A stretch of DNA of 64,000 bases from contig JBEGKW010000011.1 in NCBI GenBank assembly GCA_041183865.1, positions 6,900-70,899 of the forward strand, written 5' to 3'. The position numbers were made by a program, and so were the translations under genes. Below the pieces are notes generated by a model. That model saw only the letters and a program-made list of their open reading frames with translations. It ran no database searches and was not told the origin of the DNA. Shown here in pieces: positions 39,585 through 49,101 of this stretch. The first letter of the stretch is position 1, and each line of letters begins with the position of its first letter. The DNA is from Actinomycetota bacterium (GTDB lineage: Bacteria; Actinomycetota; Actinomycetes; Actinomycetales; Microbacteriaceae).

Positions 39585-40604
39585 TCAGTTTCCTAGTGCC
39601 TTGGTGAGATAGCGAGCTACTGCTTTCACGGCAGCAATATTTGACGAGTAGTCCATGCGGGTTGGGCCGATGACTCCAAGTTTGGCAATCTCGTTACCCT
39701 GGTTTTCATACCCAGATACGACCACGGATGCGTTGCTCAGGCCCTCGAATGCATTCTCGCGGCCAATTCTCAAACTCACACCATGCTGTTCAGCCTGCAT
39801 TTCAGTGACCAGTTTGAGTAGCACTACCTGCTCTTCGATTGCCTCTAGCACCGGAGAAATGCTTCCCGGAAAATCCTGTTCTCGTCTTGCCAAATTCGCC
39901 GTGCCGGCCAGGATGATTTTCTCTTGGCGGTTCGCATCAACCTGATCAAGCAGACTCTCGGTGATTAGTACAACCTGCTGTCTAGCCGAAGGCGCAAAAT
40001 TCTGTGCAAAGTTCAAGAGCTTGGCCGCAACATCGCCCAGAGCAAACCCGGTCAGGGATTCGTTTAGCTTGCCTCGAATCTCAGCGATTAGCTGAACATC
40101 TAGGTTTTCGCTGAGCTCGATGACGTGTTGCTGAATGCGGCCACTGTCGGTGATAAGAATCAAAAGCACGCGCGTATCTGCGGCTTGGATCAATTCGATG
40201 TTGCGGACTCGCGCGCGACCTAGGGTTGGGTATTGGACCATAGCGACCTGATTGGTTAGCTGAGACAAGAGCCTGACGGTGCGGCCAAGCGTCTCATCAA
40301 GATCGGCGCTACCGATCATGAAGTTTGAAATCGCGGCCTTTTCACTGGCGCTGAGTGGCTTTACCTCGCCCAAACGGTCAACGAAAAGACGATAACCCTT
40401 GTCGGTAGGAACGCGACCGGCAGAAGTGTGAGGGGCATGGATGAGCTCTTCTTCTTCGAGCATCGCCATTTCATTACGAATGGTCGCCGAAGATACACCG
40501 AACTGGTGGCGCTCTACCAGCGACTTGGAACCCACAGGTTCTTTGGTCTGAATGTAGTCGTTAACAATGGCGCGAAGTACTTCAAGACTTCGTTCTGGAA
40601 TCAT
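39585..40604 (-). CDS. hrcA: Heat-inducible transcription repressor
   Basis: EPVGSK, SSATIRNEM, PHTSAGRVPTDKGYRLFVD and GPTRMDY motifs. Confidence 0.96.
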   Translation of the reverse strand: MIPERSLEVLRAIVNDYIQTKEPVGSKSLVERHQFGVSSATIRNEMAMLEEEELIHAPHTSAGRVPTDKGYRLFVDRLGEVKPLSASEKAAISNFMIGSADLDETLGRTVRLLSQLTNQVAMVQYPTLGRARVRNIELIQAADTRVLLILITDSGRIQQHVIELSENLDVQLIAEIRGKLNESLTGFALGDVAAKLLNFAQNFAPSARQQVVLITESLLDQVDANRQEKIILAGTANLARREQDFPGSISPVLEAIEEQVVLLKLVTEMQAEQHGVSLRIGRENAFEGLSNASVVVSGYENQGNEIAKLGVIGPTRMDYSSNIAAVKAVARYLTKALGN

Positions 40605-40638
40605 TCGCGCCTCCTAGATGATCTCGTGACGAGTTCTA

Positions 40639-40665
40639 CTAGCACTCGCACTACCTGAGTGCCAA
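40639..40665. promoter_or_regulatory. CIRCE element (HrcA operator)
   Basis: CTAGCACTC-N9-GAGTGCCAA versus consensus TTAGCACTC-N9-GAGTGCTAA; adjacent TAATAT -10 on the minus strand upstream of hrcA. Confidence 0.9.
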
Positions 40666-40712
40666 TATTACCGCCATTACAGCCTATTTTTGGGCGACTC
40701 GAGGTTGCGAAG

Positions 40713-41954
40713 TTATCCAATTAGTTGGCGCACCAAGGAATCGGCTAGCAACCGACCTTTTAAGGTCAGATTAAGCGAACCGGCCAAGGCATTCCTCGGT
40801 TCGACGAGCCCGTCTGCGATGAATCCAGCCACTAACTTCGATGCCTCGGAATTCAACGACTTTGCGAGGTCGATGCTCAACCCATCGGCAACTCGAATCT
40901 CGAGCAGAATTCGCTCCTCGAGTCTGGTCTTCGCATCGAGAGTTTCTCGCCCCGCAGCCGGAGAAACACCGGCAGCCAGTTTCGTCGAGTAAGCCGAAGG
41001 ATGCTTCACGTTCCACCAACGAACGCCGCCGATGTGGCTGTGCGCTCCGGGCCCGTAACCCCACCAGTCTTGCGACTGCCAGTAAGAGAGATTGTGAACA
41101 GATCGCTGGTCTTTAGCGCCGCTCTCTCGCGACCAGTTACTCACTTCGTACCACTGGTATCCCGCCGCCGAGAGTAGAGCGTCAGCAAGTTCATACTTGT
41201 CGGCCTGTAGGTCTTCGTCCGGCTCCTCTAGTTGGCCGCTCTTGATCTGACGGGCGAGCTTCGTGCCATCTTCGACGATCAGTGAATACGCAGAGATGTG
41301 GTCTGGCTCCATTGCTATCGCTGCCTTAAGACTGGTTCGCCATTCATCCATCGTTTCACCGGGAGCGCCGTAAATCAGGTCTACCGAGACTGAGAGGTCG
41401 GCTTCCTTTGCAGCGGAAACCACTAGGGGCACGTTTTCTGGATTGTGAGTTCGTTCGAGAGTCTTGAGGACAGACTCCACTGCCGACTGCATCCCAAACG
41501 AAACACGGTTGAATCCCCCAGCTCGAAGCTCACTCAGGTAAGCGAGATCGACATTATCCGGATTGGCTTCGGTGGTGACTTCGGCCTCAGTCTCGAGATC
41601 GAATTCATCCCGTAGTTTTCTGAGAATCATCACGAGATCACTGGCTGGAAGTTGCGTAGGTGTACCTCCACCGAAGAAAACGCTCTTTAGGGGTCGCTTT
41701 GAGACACCGGAACGGGCAAGAACATCCGAGCTGAACTCAATTTCACGGATGAGCACCTCGGCATAGTCGCTTTGCGAGGCGCCATCTAGCTCGGTTGCGG
41801 TGTAGGTGTTGAAATCGCAGTAGCCGCAGCGCACCCGACAAAACGGAATGTGCACATAGGCATGAAAACTGCGTTGCTCTTGCCCTGTGAGTGCTTGAGC
41901 GGGAAGTAAGCCGTCCGAAGGCGCCGGATCGGCGATTGGCAGTGGGCCAGCCAA
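40713..41954 (-). CDS. hemW: Radical SAM heme chaperone HemW (HemN-like)
   Basis: YVHIPFCRVRCGYCDF, FFGGGTP and YEVSNW motifs; lepA-hemW-hrcA context. Confidence 0.92.
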   Translation of the reverse strand: MAGPLPIADPAPSDGLLPAQALTGQEQRSFHAYVHIPFCRVRCGYCDFNTYTATELDGASQSDYAEVLIREIEFSSDVLARSGVSKRPLKSVFFGGGTPTQLPASDLVMILRKLRDEFDLETEAEVTTEANPDNVDLAYLSELRAGGFNRVSFGMQSAVESVLKTLERTHNPENVPLVVSAAKEADLSVSVDLIYGAPGETMDEWRTSLKAAIAMEPDHISAYSLIVEDGTKLARQIKSGQLEEPDEDLQADKYELADALLSAAGYQWYEVSNWSRESGAKDQRSVHNLSYWQSQDWWGYGPGAHSHIGGVRWWNVKHPSAYSTKLAAGVSPAAGRETLDAKTRLEERILLEIRVADGLSIDLAKSLNSEASKLVAGFIADGLVEPRNALAGSLNLTLKGRLLADSLVRQLIG

Positions 41955-43814
41955 CTACTTGCCCTTCTTTTCGCCCTTTTTCTCACCGTCGGTTGAAAGC
42001 GCGGCAATGAAGGCTTCTTGTGGAACCTCGACGCGACCGATCGTCTTCATGCGCTTCTTACCCTCTTTTTGCTTCTCGAGAAGCTTGCGCTTACGACTGA
42101 TGTCACCGCCGTAACACTTGGCCAGAACATCCTTGCGCATTGCTCGGATAGATTCACGGGCGATGATTCGAGCTCCGATGGCTGCCTGAATTGGCACCTC
42201 GAACTGTTGACGCGGAATCAGCTCACGAAGCTTTCCGGTGATCATGACGCCGTAGGCGTAGGCCTTGTCCTTGTGCACGATTGCACTGAAAGCGTCCACT
42301 TGCTCTCCCTGAAGCAGAAGGTCGACCTTCACCAAATCACCCTGAGCCATACCGATTTCTTCGTAGTCGAGCGAGCCATAACCGGCGGTCTTGCTCTTCA
42401 ACTGATCAAAGAAGTCGAAGACAATCTCGGCTAGCGGAAGCTCGTAGCGCAACTGAACACGGTCTTCACCCAAGTACTGCATGTCAATCATGGTTCCGCG
42501 ACGAGACTGGCAGAGCTCCATGATGGTTCCGACGTAATCTTTCGGGCTCAGGATGGTGGCACGGACCAATGGCTCCATGATCTTCTTGATCTTGCCGCCA
42601 GGGAACTCGCTCGGGTTAGTCACGATGATCTCATCACCGTTTTCGAGGGTGACTTCATAGACCACGGATGGAGCGGTGGCGATCAGATCGAGACCGAATT
42701 CGCGCTCTAGTCGCTCTGTGACGATTTCAAGGTGCAATAGGCCGAGGAAGCCGATTCGGAAACCAAAACCTAGCGCGACCGAAGTCTCCGGTTCGTAAAC
42801 CAGGGCCGCGTCGGAAAGCTTGAGTTTGTCCAGCGCCTCGCGAAGAACCGGGTAGTCACTACCGTCGATCGGATAAACACCTGAGAACACCATTGGCTTA
42901 GGGTCTGCGTAACCCTTGAGTGGCTCTGTGGCTGGGTTTAGCTTGGTCGTGACGGTGTCACCGACCTTGGACTGACGAACGTCCTTTACGCCTGTGATTA
43001 GGTAACCCACTTCACCTACGCCGAGACCCTTAGTCGGCTCTGGCTCTGGCGAAGATACACCGATTTCGAGCGCTTCGTGCACTGCCTTGGTCGACATCAT
43101 GGTGATTTGTTCACGTGGCTTCAGGTGCCCGTCGATCATTCGAACGTAGGTCACCACGCCACGATAAGAGTCATAAACCGAGTCGAAAATCATCGCGCGA
43201 GCTGGTGCATTTGGGTCACCAACCGGGTTTGGGATGGTACCCACGATCTTGTCGAGTAGAGCATCGACACCCATACCGGTCTTGCCAGATACACGCAGGC
43301 AGTCTTCTGGGTTACCGCCGATTAGGTTGGCGAGTTCCTCTGCGTATTTCTCAGGTTGTGCTGCCGGAAGGTCGATCTTGTTGAGAACTGGGATGATTTC
43401 TAGGTCGTTTTCCATCGCCAAGTAAAGGTTCGCGAGGGTTTGAGCCTCGATACCCTGAGCGGCATCCACGAGCAGAACGGCACCTTCACAGGCTGCTAGC
43501 GAGCGTGAGACTTCGTATGTGAAGTCGACGTGACCAGGGGTGTCGATCATGTTTAGCGCGTAGGTCTTGCCGTCAACTTCCCATGGCATACGGACTGCCT
43601 GCGATTTGATGGTGATTCCGCGTTCACGTTCGATGTCCATACGGTCTAGGTACTGAGCACGCATCGAACGATCGTCGACAACACCGGTTAGCTGAAGCAT
43701 TCGGTCAGCAAGGGTCGATTTTCCGTGGTCAATGTGAGCAATGATGCAGAAATTGCGGATGAACGCGGGATCTGTCTTTGCTGGTTCAAGACGGCGGGTA
43801 GCGCGTGGCGACAA
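41955..43814 (-). CDS. lepA: Elongation factor 4
   Basis: [26 protein letters not shown] and [14 protein letters not shown] motifs; probable TTG start at 43814 after GAGG. Confidence 0.97.
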   Translation of the reverse strand: MSPRATRRLEPAKTDPAFIRNFCIIAHIDHGKSTLADRMLQLTGVVDDRSMRAQYLDRMDIERERGITIKSQAVRMPWEVDGKTYALNMIDTPGHVDFTYEVSRSLAACEGAVLLVDAAQGIEAQTLANLYLAMENDLEIIPVLNKIDLPAAQPEKYAEELANLIGGNPEDCLRVSGKTGMGVDALLDKIVGTIPNPVGDPNAPARAMIFDSVYDSYRGVVTYVRMIDGHLKPREQITMMSTKAVHEALEIGVSSPEPEPTKGLGVGEVGYLITGVKDVRQSKVGDTVTTKLNPATEPLKGYADPKPMVFSGVYPIDGSDYPVLREALDKLKLSDAALVYEPETSVALGFGFRIGFLGLLHLEIVTERLEREFGLDLIATAPSVVYEVTLENGDEIIVTNPSEFPGGKIKKIMEPLVRATILSPKDYVGTIMELCQSRRGTMIDMQYLGEDRVQLRYELPLAEIVFDFFDQLKSKTAGYGSLDYEEIGMAQGDLVKVDLLLQGEQVDAFSAIVHKDKAYAYGVMITGKLRELIPRQQFEVPIQAAIGARIIARESIRAMRKDVLAKCYGGDISRKRKLLEKQKEGKKRMKTIGRVEVPQEAFIAALSTDGEKKGEKKGK

Positions 43815-44029
43815 AATAGACCTCTGTTGTTCAGGGAAAGGGACCGTAACGACGGTACGTCTATTCTCGCACATAGGTTACGGCTCGCCTCGGGATTTGC
43901 TTGCCGAAAATGCAATCCAACTGATAGAGTTAGAGGTCGATACGGATGACTAGCTCATCCAAACTCCCAAAAGTTTTGAATATGTTCCGCGCGACTGCAA
44001 GAGCAGCGTGCAAACCAAGAAAGTGAAAC

Positions 44030-44263
44030 ATGGCAAACATCAAGTCACAGATCAAGCGCATTGGCACCGCTGTTCGCAGCGAGGTTAAGACCGCTATCCG
44101 CGCTTCTCGCGAGGCAACCGCTTCTGGCGACAAGGCTGCTGCTGCAGCTGCATTAGCTCTTGCAAGCAAGAAGCTTGACAAGGCCGTTTCAAAGGGTGTT
44201 CTTCACAAGAACAACGCTGCTAACCGCAAGTCAGCTCTTGCTAAGAAGGTTGCAGCTCTCTAA
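44030..44263 (+). CDS. rpsT: 30S ribosomal protein S20, apparently missing about 9 residues after IKRIGT
   Basis: [10 protein letters not shown]...[20 protein letters not shown]; only 77 aa. Confidence 0.92.
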   Translation: MANIKSQIKRIGTAVRSEVKTAIRASREATASGDKAAAAAALALASKKLDKAVSKGVLHKNNAANRKSALAKKVAAL

Positions 44264-44271
44264 AGAGTCTT

Positions 44272-44313
44272 CAAAAAGAAACCCGCTACCGATTGGTGGC
44301 GGGTTTCTTTTTG
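44272..44313. terminator. Bidirectional intrinsic terminator between rpsT and the MFS gene
   Basis: CAAAAAGAAACCCGCTACC-GATT-GGTGGCGGGTTTCTTTTTG. Confidence 0.88.
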
Positions 44314-44317
44314 CTAA

Positions 44318-45508
44318 TTATTTTGCTGGAATCTGGCCTGGGCGCCCTGAGTAGAAGCCAACGCCAACCTGAATGGCCGTCAACGCGACCAAGATAACTA
44401 CGCTTGGCACCCAAGAGCCAGTGCTGCTTGCTACGACTCCAACCGCGAAAGTTCCAGCCGCAGCAAGTAAGTAGCCCCAACCTTGGGCCATCGCAGAGAG
44501 CTGGGTGGTCTGTGCCCTAGTCGATGCCCGTGTACCGATGATTGATAGCGACATTGGGAAAGTTGAAGCCTGACCCAGACTGATCAAAATGCAGGCTGGC
44601 ACGATTACTGCAGAATTTGTAAACGCAGCCAAGAGCAAGAGATAGCCAACTAGGGTCATGGAACTTGCTGCCGCGGCCCACCAAGCAAGGCTCTTGAATC
44701 TGCCGATGACGCTCGACAAGATCAAACCGGCTGGAATACCAGCGGCTGTGGCGAGACCAAGGTAACTTCCAGCCAGAGTTGGATTTTGTCCGCTCGCGAT
44801 TAGAAGCGTTGGGAGCCAGCCAAGAATCGCATAGAAACCTAGTGATTGCAGCCCAAAGAATCCGACAATGGCCCAAGCGATAGGTGATCGCAGAACCGCA
44901 GCTCGCTCCTCGGCCGCCGAATGCGCCGGTTGTGAAACATGCGGCTCTTGACCGAATGCCTTTGGCGCCCAAAAAACGGTAGCTAGTATCGCAGGCACCA
45001 ACCACACGGCCAAAGCCAAACGCCACCCGCCAAGAGCCGTGCTGGTTGGAACCGCCACCCAGGCCGCGAAACTCGCTGAAAAGGCGAGCAACGTCGTGTA
45101 AGCGCCGGTGATAAGAGGCACGCGGTTCGGAAACTCCACGCGCACGATCGTCGGCAGAAGCACATTAGCGACCGCAATCGAGAGCCCGGCGGCAATAGTT
45201 CCGATCAGCAATCCCGGGTAACCAAAGAACAATCGCCCAAACGCTGAAACCGTCAAGATGCCCAGCACGATCAGCATGGAGTGGTTGACTCCGAAACGTC
45301 TTACCAATGCTGGACTAGCAAAGGCGCCAATTCCGAAACAAAGCACCGGTGCGGAAGCTAATAGACCCATCTCCGCCGCGCTAAGACCCAAGTTCGCCAC
45401 AATCTCATGCAGCAGCGGGCCTACCGATGCAACCGGCGGCCTGAGCACAAATGAAATGAAAAAGAGCGCAACAAATCCAATGAAACCAAAACTCTTGGTT
45501 TTACTCAA
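44318..45508 (-). CDS. CynX/NimT-family MFS transporter
   Basis: LRPPVASVGPLL, NVLLP, FFGLQS...GWLP and LSAMAQGWGYLLAA motifs; about 12 TM. Confidence 0.88.
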   Translation of the reverse strand: MSKTKSFGFIGFVALFFISFVLRPPVASVGPLLHEIVANLGLSAAEMGLLASAPVLCFGIGAFASPALVRRFGVNHSMLIVLGILTVSAFGRLFFGYPGLLIGTIAAGLSIAVANVLLPTIVRVEFPNRVPLITGAYTTLLAFSASFAAWVAVPTSTALGGWRLALAVWLVPAILATVFWAPKAFGQEPHVSQPAHSAAEERAAVLRSPIAWAIVGFFGLQSLGFYAILGWLPTLLIASGQNPTLAGSYLGLATAAGIPAGLILSSVIGRFKSLAWWAAAASSMTLVGYLLLLAAFTNSAVIVPACILISLGQASTFPMSLSIIGTRASTRAQTTQLSAMAQGWGYLLAAAGTFAVGVVASSTGSWVPSVVILVALTAIQVGVGFYSGRPGQIPAK

Positions 45509-46497
45509 GATCGCACCACACCTTTTTCTGAAATCAGAGTTACTAGCTTTTCTAGCGTGAATACTGGATCACGCTCAGCACCCTTGGCCGCGGCATCTGC
45601 GTCCGCGAGGCGTTGAATCACTAGCCCGAGACCATCCTCAGACCAGCCCGCGAGGTCCTTTTTGGCTCTATCCATTTGCCAAGGTGCCATTCCTACAGTG
45701 GCTGCGGACGCATTTCGATTGCCAAAAATCTTTGCAAGCTGACGCATTTTCATCGAAATGGCTGCCACCAAAGGAACCGGATCGGCGCCGGTTGCAATCG
45801 CGTGCCTCAACAAACCCAGAGCCGCTCCGGTCTGCCCAGCCAACGCCATTTCAACCACCTTGAAAGCGTTGGTCTCGACGCGACCGCCATAGTATCGGTT
45901 GACCATTTCCTCTGAAATTGTCTCGGCGCTATCTTGGAGCAATTGCTGGCAAGCCCCGGCTAATTCAGCCAAATCATCAGAGAAGGCATCGAGCAGAGCT
46001 TTTGCCGCTCCCTGGGAAATCTTTCGGCCTGCGTGGGAAAACTCGGCTTGAATAAACGCCAACTTCTCGCCATCACCCTTTATTGCTAGGCAGGCTACTT
46101 CGGCGCAGTTCGAATTTGCCCTGATCGCATCAACTAGCTTCTTGCCTCTGACGCTCGAACCGGTGTGTCGAAGAATCACTGTGGTGTCGCTGGTTGGGTT
46201 TTCAATGTACTGCAAGCCGTCCGAAATCAAGTCATCGCTGCATCGCTCAAAGCCAGAGATAATAACCAGTCTTGGCTCAGCAAAGAGGGATGGGCTCGTA
46301 ATGTTCAACAGTTGACCAGCCTGGTAATCGGCTGCGTCGAGTTCGTGAATCTCAAGCGCGGGGTCAAGTTTCTTTAGATTTTCGCGCAAATCTCGGATGG
46401 CTCGGCTGGCAAAGTAATCTTCAGGACCTGACACAAATACAACCGGGTGCGGCGAAGTCTTTCGCCAATCCATCTGCATCGCCTTAGTCACCATCAC
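45505..46497 (-). CDS. holA: DNA polymerase III delta subunit
   Basis: GPEDY, SPSLFAE, RHTGSSVRGKKL and ADAAAKG motifs; comEC-holA-rpsT context; start may be GTG 46491. Confidence 0.9.
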   Translation of the reverse strand: MMVTKAMQMDWRKTSPHPVVFVSGPEDYFASRAIRDLRENLKKLDPALEIHELDAADYQAGQLLNITSPSLFAEPRLVIISGFERCSDDLISDGLQYIENPTSDTTVILRHTGSSVRGKKLVDAIRANSNCAEVACLAIKGDGEKLAFIQAEFSHAGRKISQGAAKALLDAFSDDLAELAGACQQLLQDSAETISEEMVNRYYGGRVETNAFKVVEMALAGQTGAALGLLRHAIATGADPVPLVAAISMKMRQLAKIFGNRNASAATVGMAPWQMDRAKKDLAGWSEDGLGLVIQRLADADAAAKGAERDPVFTLEKLVTLISEKGVVRS

Positions 46498-46500
46498 AGC

Positions 46501-48381
46501 CTAGCCGTGGCCTCTAGTACTTACCCGCAGACCCTCTGATGATGGCGTGACTCCGATGGAACCGAGTTGATCAGTGCGGTAAACGTGCGAGCCGATTCGC
46601 GCCAAGAAATTTAGCGTTCTTTGTGTTGGATGCCCATAATCATTATGTGCTCCGACGGAAATCAGAGCTACATCTGGCTTGAGAGCTTCGTACAGTTCAG
46701 GATACTGATCAGCAGAACCGTGATGAGATACCTTCACCACGAGCGGCACTGACCCGAACCCATTTCCCAGCCAACCAGCTGATTCACGAGCCAATCTCAT
46801 CTGACCTTTTTCACCTAAATCAGCAAGAGTCAGCACATTAACGACTGCACTTTCGAACAACATAGTCACGCTTCCATCATTTGAATCTTCCGCTTCGGCG
46901 GCGCCATGATGAGGCGACAGAACCTTCCAGGTGAATTGGCCGAGTTGCCCCGTTAGACCAACTCCTGCCTCAATCAATTGACTGGCTGCCTTTCTTAGTT
47001 TTCGATAAGTAATGGCGGCGGCAGGGCGCTCGTCGCGGTAACTCGTGATTATCGCGGATTTCACTCGGGCAACAGATAGAGCTCCATCCAGCCCTCCCAC
47101 GTGATCGAGGTCAAAGTGCGTCAGCACTAATAGATCAATCGTCTTGATACCCAACTCTTTTAGGCATCCTGAAACTGGACGAGGCTTTCGGCCGACGTCG
47201 ATCAGCGCGACCAACCCCTGAGACCGAATTAAAGTGGAATCACCCTGCCCAACATCACAGGAAATCACAGCCCAGTCCCCTTTCAGCCAACTACCGATTC
47301 GAATTTGATTGCTTGCGCAACTGCCTATGGTGATCGATAGAACTAGAGCCAAGAGAATAGCCAGCACTCTACGCAATGCGATGTGCGTTGAACTTATCCA
47401 TACGGCTACCATGGCCGCGATTCCAGTAAATAGCGCCGCTCCGAGTAGCCCATCGGGCCATGAAATCGTGGCGGACGGAGCATTGGCCAAGAAATCGGCC
47501 AAGTAAACAATCAAACAGGTGGCTAAAGAGGCTAGCCAAGTTAATCCGGAGGTTAGGAATGGGAAAACGGGGGCGACGAGACAACTCAACATGCCTAGGA
47601 CAGTCACCGGTGCCACCAGCGGCTCGGCAAGCACGTTGGCAATAATCGAATAAGTTGAAAGCCCAGGTTGTAGTCGAAGCAAGACTGGGGTGCAAAGCAG
47701 TTGCGCAGCGACCGATACCGAAAGTGGCAACGCCAGCCAACGCGGTAGCCGAGCCTCCAAACGCCTGGCTAAGGAGGGCGCAAGCACGAGGATACCGATC
47801 GTGGCCAGCACCGAGAGAATGAAGCCGTAGTCGGCTGCCAGCCAAGGGTTACTGACGAGAAGAACAATGACGGCTAGCGCTAGAGCACTCATCGCCGATG
47901 TGTTCCGCCCCAAGGCTCTTGCGCCGATCACTATGGCCGCCATGAGCCCCGCTCTCAACACACTGGGCTGAGGTCCCACCAGAAGGATGTAACCCAATAG
48001 CGCCACGAGAGTGAGCACCAGCCTTACCTGGCGAACCAACGCGAATCTCGAGAGAAGAAGATAGACCGCTCCGATGACTATCGCGCAGTTCGCACCTGAT
48101 ACGGCGGTGAGGTGTGTCAGAGACACCACCTTCATCGTTTCGGCGGTAGCAGAACTTAGAGCCGACTTATCACCAATTGCCAAGCCAGCAACCAGAGCTT
48201 TGGCGTCTGAACTTACGCCAGCAAGGTGCGACATGAATGCATCTCTCATGAAGCCCAAAGGCCCCTGGTAGGCCTCTGGCCGTTGCCACCCCCGGTGCTG
48301 GGGCGCATGGGACCCATACGAAAAATTGGCCAGTAGACCACTTGCCACCAAGACGACTAGAAACCTCTTCATGTCTGCCAT
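46501..48381 (-). CDS. comEC: ComEC/Rec2 competence protein (competence + metallo-beta-lactamase domains), N-terminally short
   Basis: GLAIGD, LTHLTAVSGAN, PSVLRA, CDVGQGD, THFDLDHVGG, KVSHHGS and NDYGHP motifs; start uncertain (48372-48447). Confidence 0.88.
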   Translation of the reverse strand: MADMKRFLVVLVASGLLANFSYGSHAPQHRGWQRPEAYQGPLGFMRDAFMSHLAGVSSDAKALVAGLAIGDKSALSSATAETMKVVSLTHLTAVSGANCAIVIGAVYLLLSRFALVRQVRLVLTLVALLGYILLVGPQPSVLRAGLMAAIVIGARALGRNTSAMSALALAVIVLLVSNPWLAADYGFILSVLATIGILVLAPSLARRLEARLPRWLALPLSVSVAAQLLCTPVLLRLQPGLSTYSIIANVLAEPLVAPVTVLGMLSCLVAPVFPFLTSGLTWLASLATCLIVYLADFLANAPSATISWPDGLLGAALFTGIAAMVAVWISSTHIALRRVLAILLALVLSITIGSCASNQIRIGSWLKGDWAVISCDVGQGDSTLIRSQGLVALIDVGRKPRPVSGCLKELGIKTIDLLVLTHFDLDHVGGLDGALSVARVKSAIITSYRDERPAAAITYRKLRKAASQLIEAGVGLTGQLGQFTWKVLSPHHGAAEAEDSNDGSVTMLFESAVVNVLTLADLGEKGQMRLARESAGWLGNGFGSVPLVVKVSHHGSADQYPELYEALKPDVALISVGAHNDYGHPTQRTLNFLARIGSHVYRTDQLGSIGVTPSSEGLRVSTRGHG

Positions 48382-48433
48382 ACGGTCAAGAAGCCACAGA
48401 GTAGCCAAATCAAGATGGCAACAATGATTAACA

Positions 48434-49036
48434 TCACAGCGACACAAGTTTCTCTAAGCTGGCAAACAACTTAGAGCCGATGCCTCCAACTTGCAGCAAA
48501 TCTTCCTTGCGTTTGAAACCACCATTGGCAGTTCGCCAGTCGATGATGCGATTGGCAAGGGCTGGTCCCACTCCAGGCAACGACTCAAGTTCAGATTCGC
48601 TTGCCCGGTTTAGGGAAATTTGCGCATTTGCCCCAGAGTGAGACCCGACATTATTTGGCTGGTCTCCCAATTTAAGAATGATCACCTGTTCGCCGTCACT
48701 GAGCGGTCGTGCCATATTCACACTTGCTTGATCGGCGTCCTCCATGAAACCACCGGCAGCGACTACGGCATCGAAGAGCCTTGACCCAACCTCGAGTTCA
48801 TAGACCCCAGGCACCTTGACCCTGCCGACCACGTGAACGTAAAACATAGGTGAATGCACCACAGCCGAACCGGTGGGATTGCCGCTTGGCGCGGATATCG
48901 TTTGGGAACCCGAACTCGAAAGAGTTCCGACCATGGTAGCCAGAGCGCAAATTACAACGAAGACTAAAGCCACCAGCTTTTTACTAGTGCTGACTTGAGT
49001 GAAATATTTTCGAGCTCGCGCGACTAGGTCATCCAT
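48434..49036 (-). CDS. comEA: ComEA DNA-binding protein
   Basis: N-terminal TM, SLBB domain VHVVGRVKVPGVY, and HhH motif LPGVGPALANRI...GGF. Confidence 0.92.
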   Translation of the reverse strand: MDDLVARARKYFTQVSTSKKLVALVFVVICALATMVGTLSSSGSQTISAPSGNPTGSAVVHSPMFYVHVVGRVKVPGVYELEVGSRLFDAVVAAGGFMEDADQASVNMARPLSDGEQVIILKLGDQPNNVGSHSGANAQISLNRASESELESLPGVGPALANRIIDWRTANGGFKRKEDLLQVGGIGSKLFASLEKLVSL

Positions 49037-49038
49037 GT

Positions 49039-49078
49039 GAAAGAAAATAGGCCAGCCCGCAAATGCGGAACCGGCCTA
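49039..49078 (-). terminator. Terminator after leuS
   Basis: TAGGCCGGTTCCGC-ATTT-GCGGGCTGGCCTA followed by TTTTCTTTC on the minus strand. Confidence 0.75.
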
Positions 49079-49101
49079 GTTTCTATTCTGTTGACAGGGA
49101 G

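Noticed and set aside
40639-40665. CIRCE element as a novelty
   Set aside because: Textbook HrcA autoregulation; listed as a feature only
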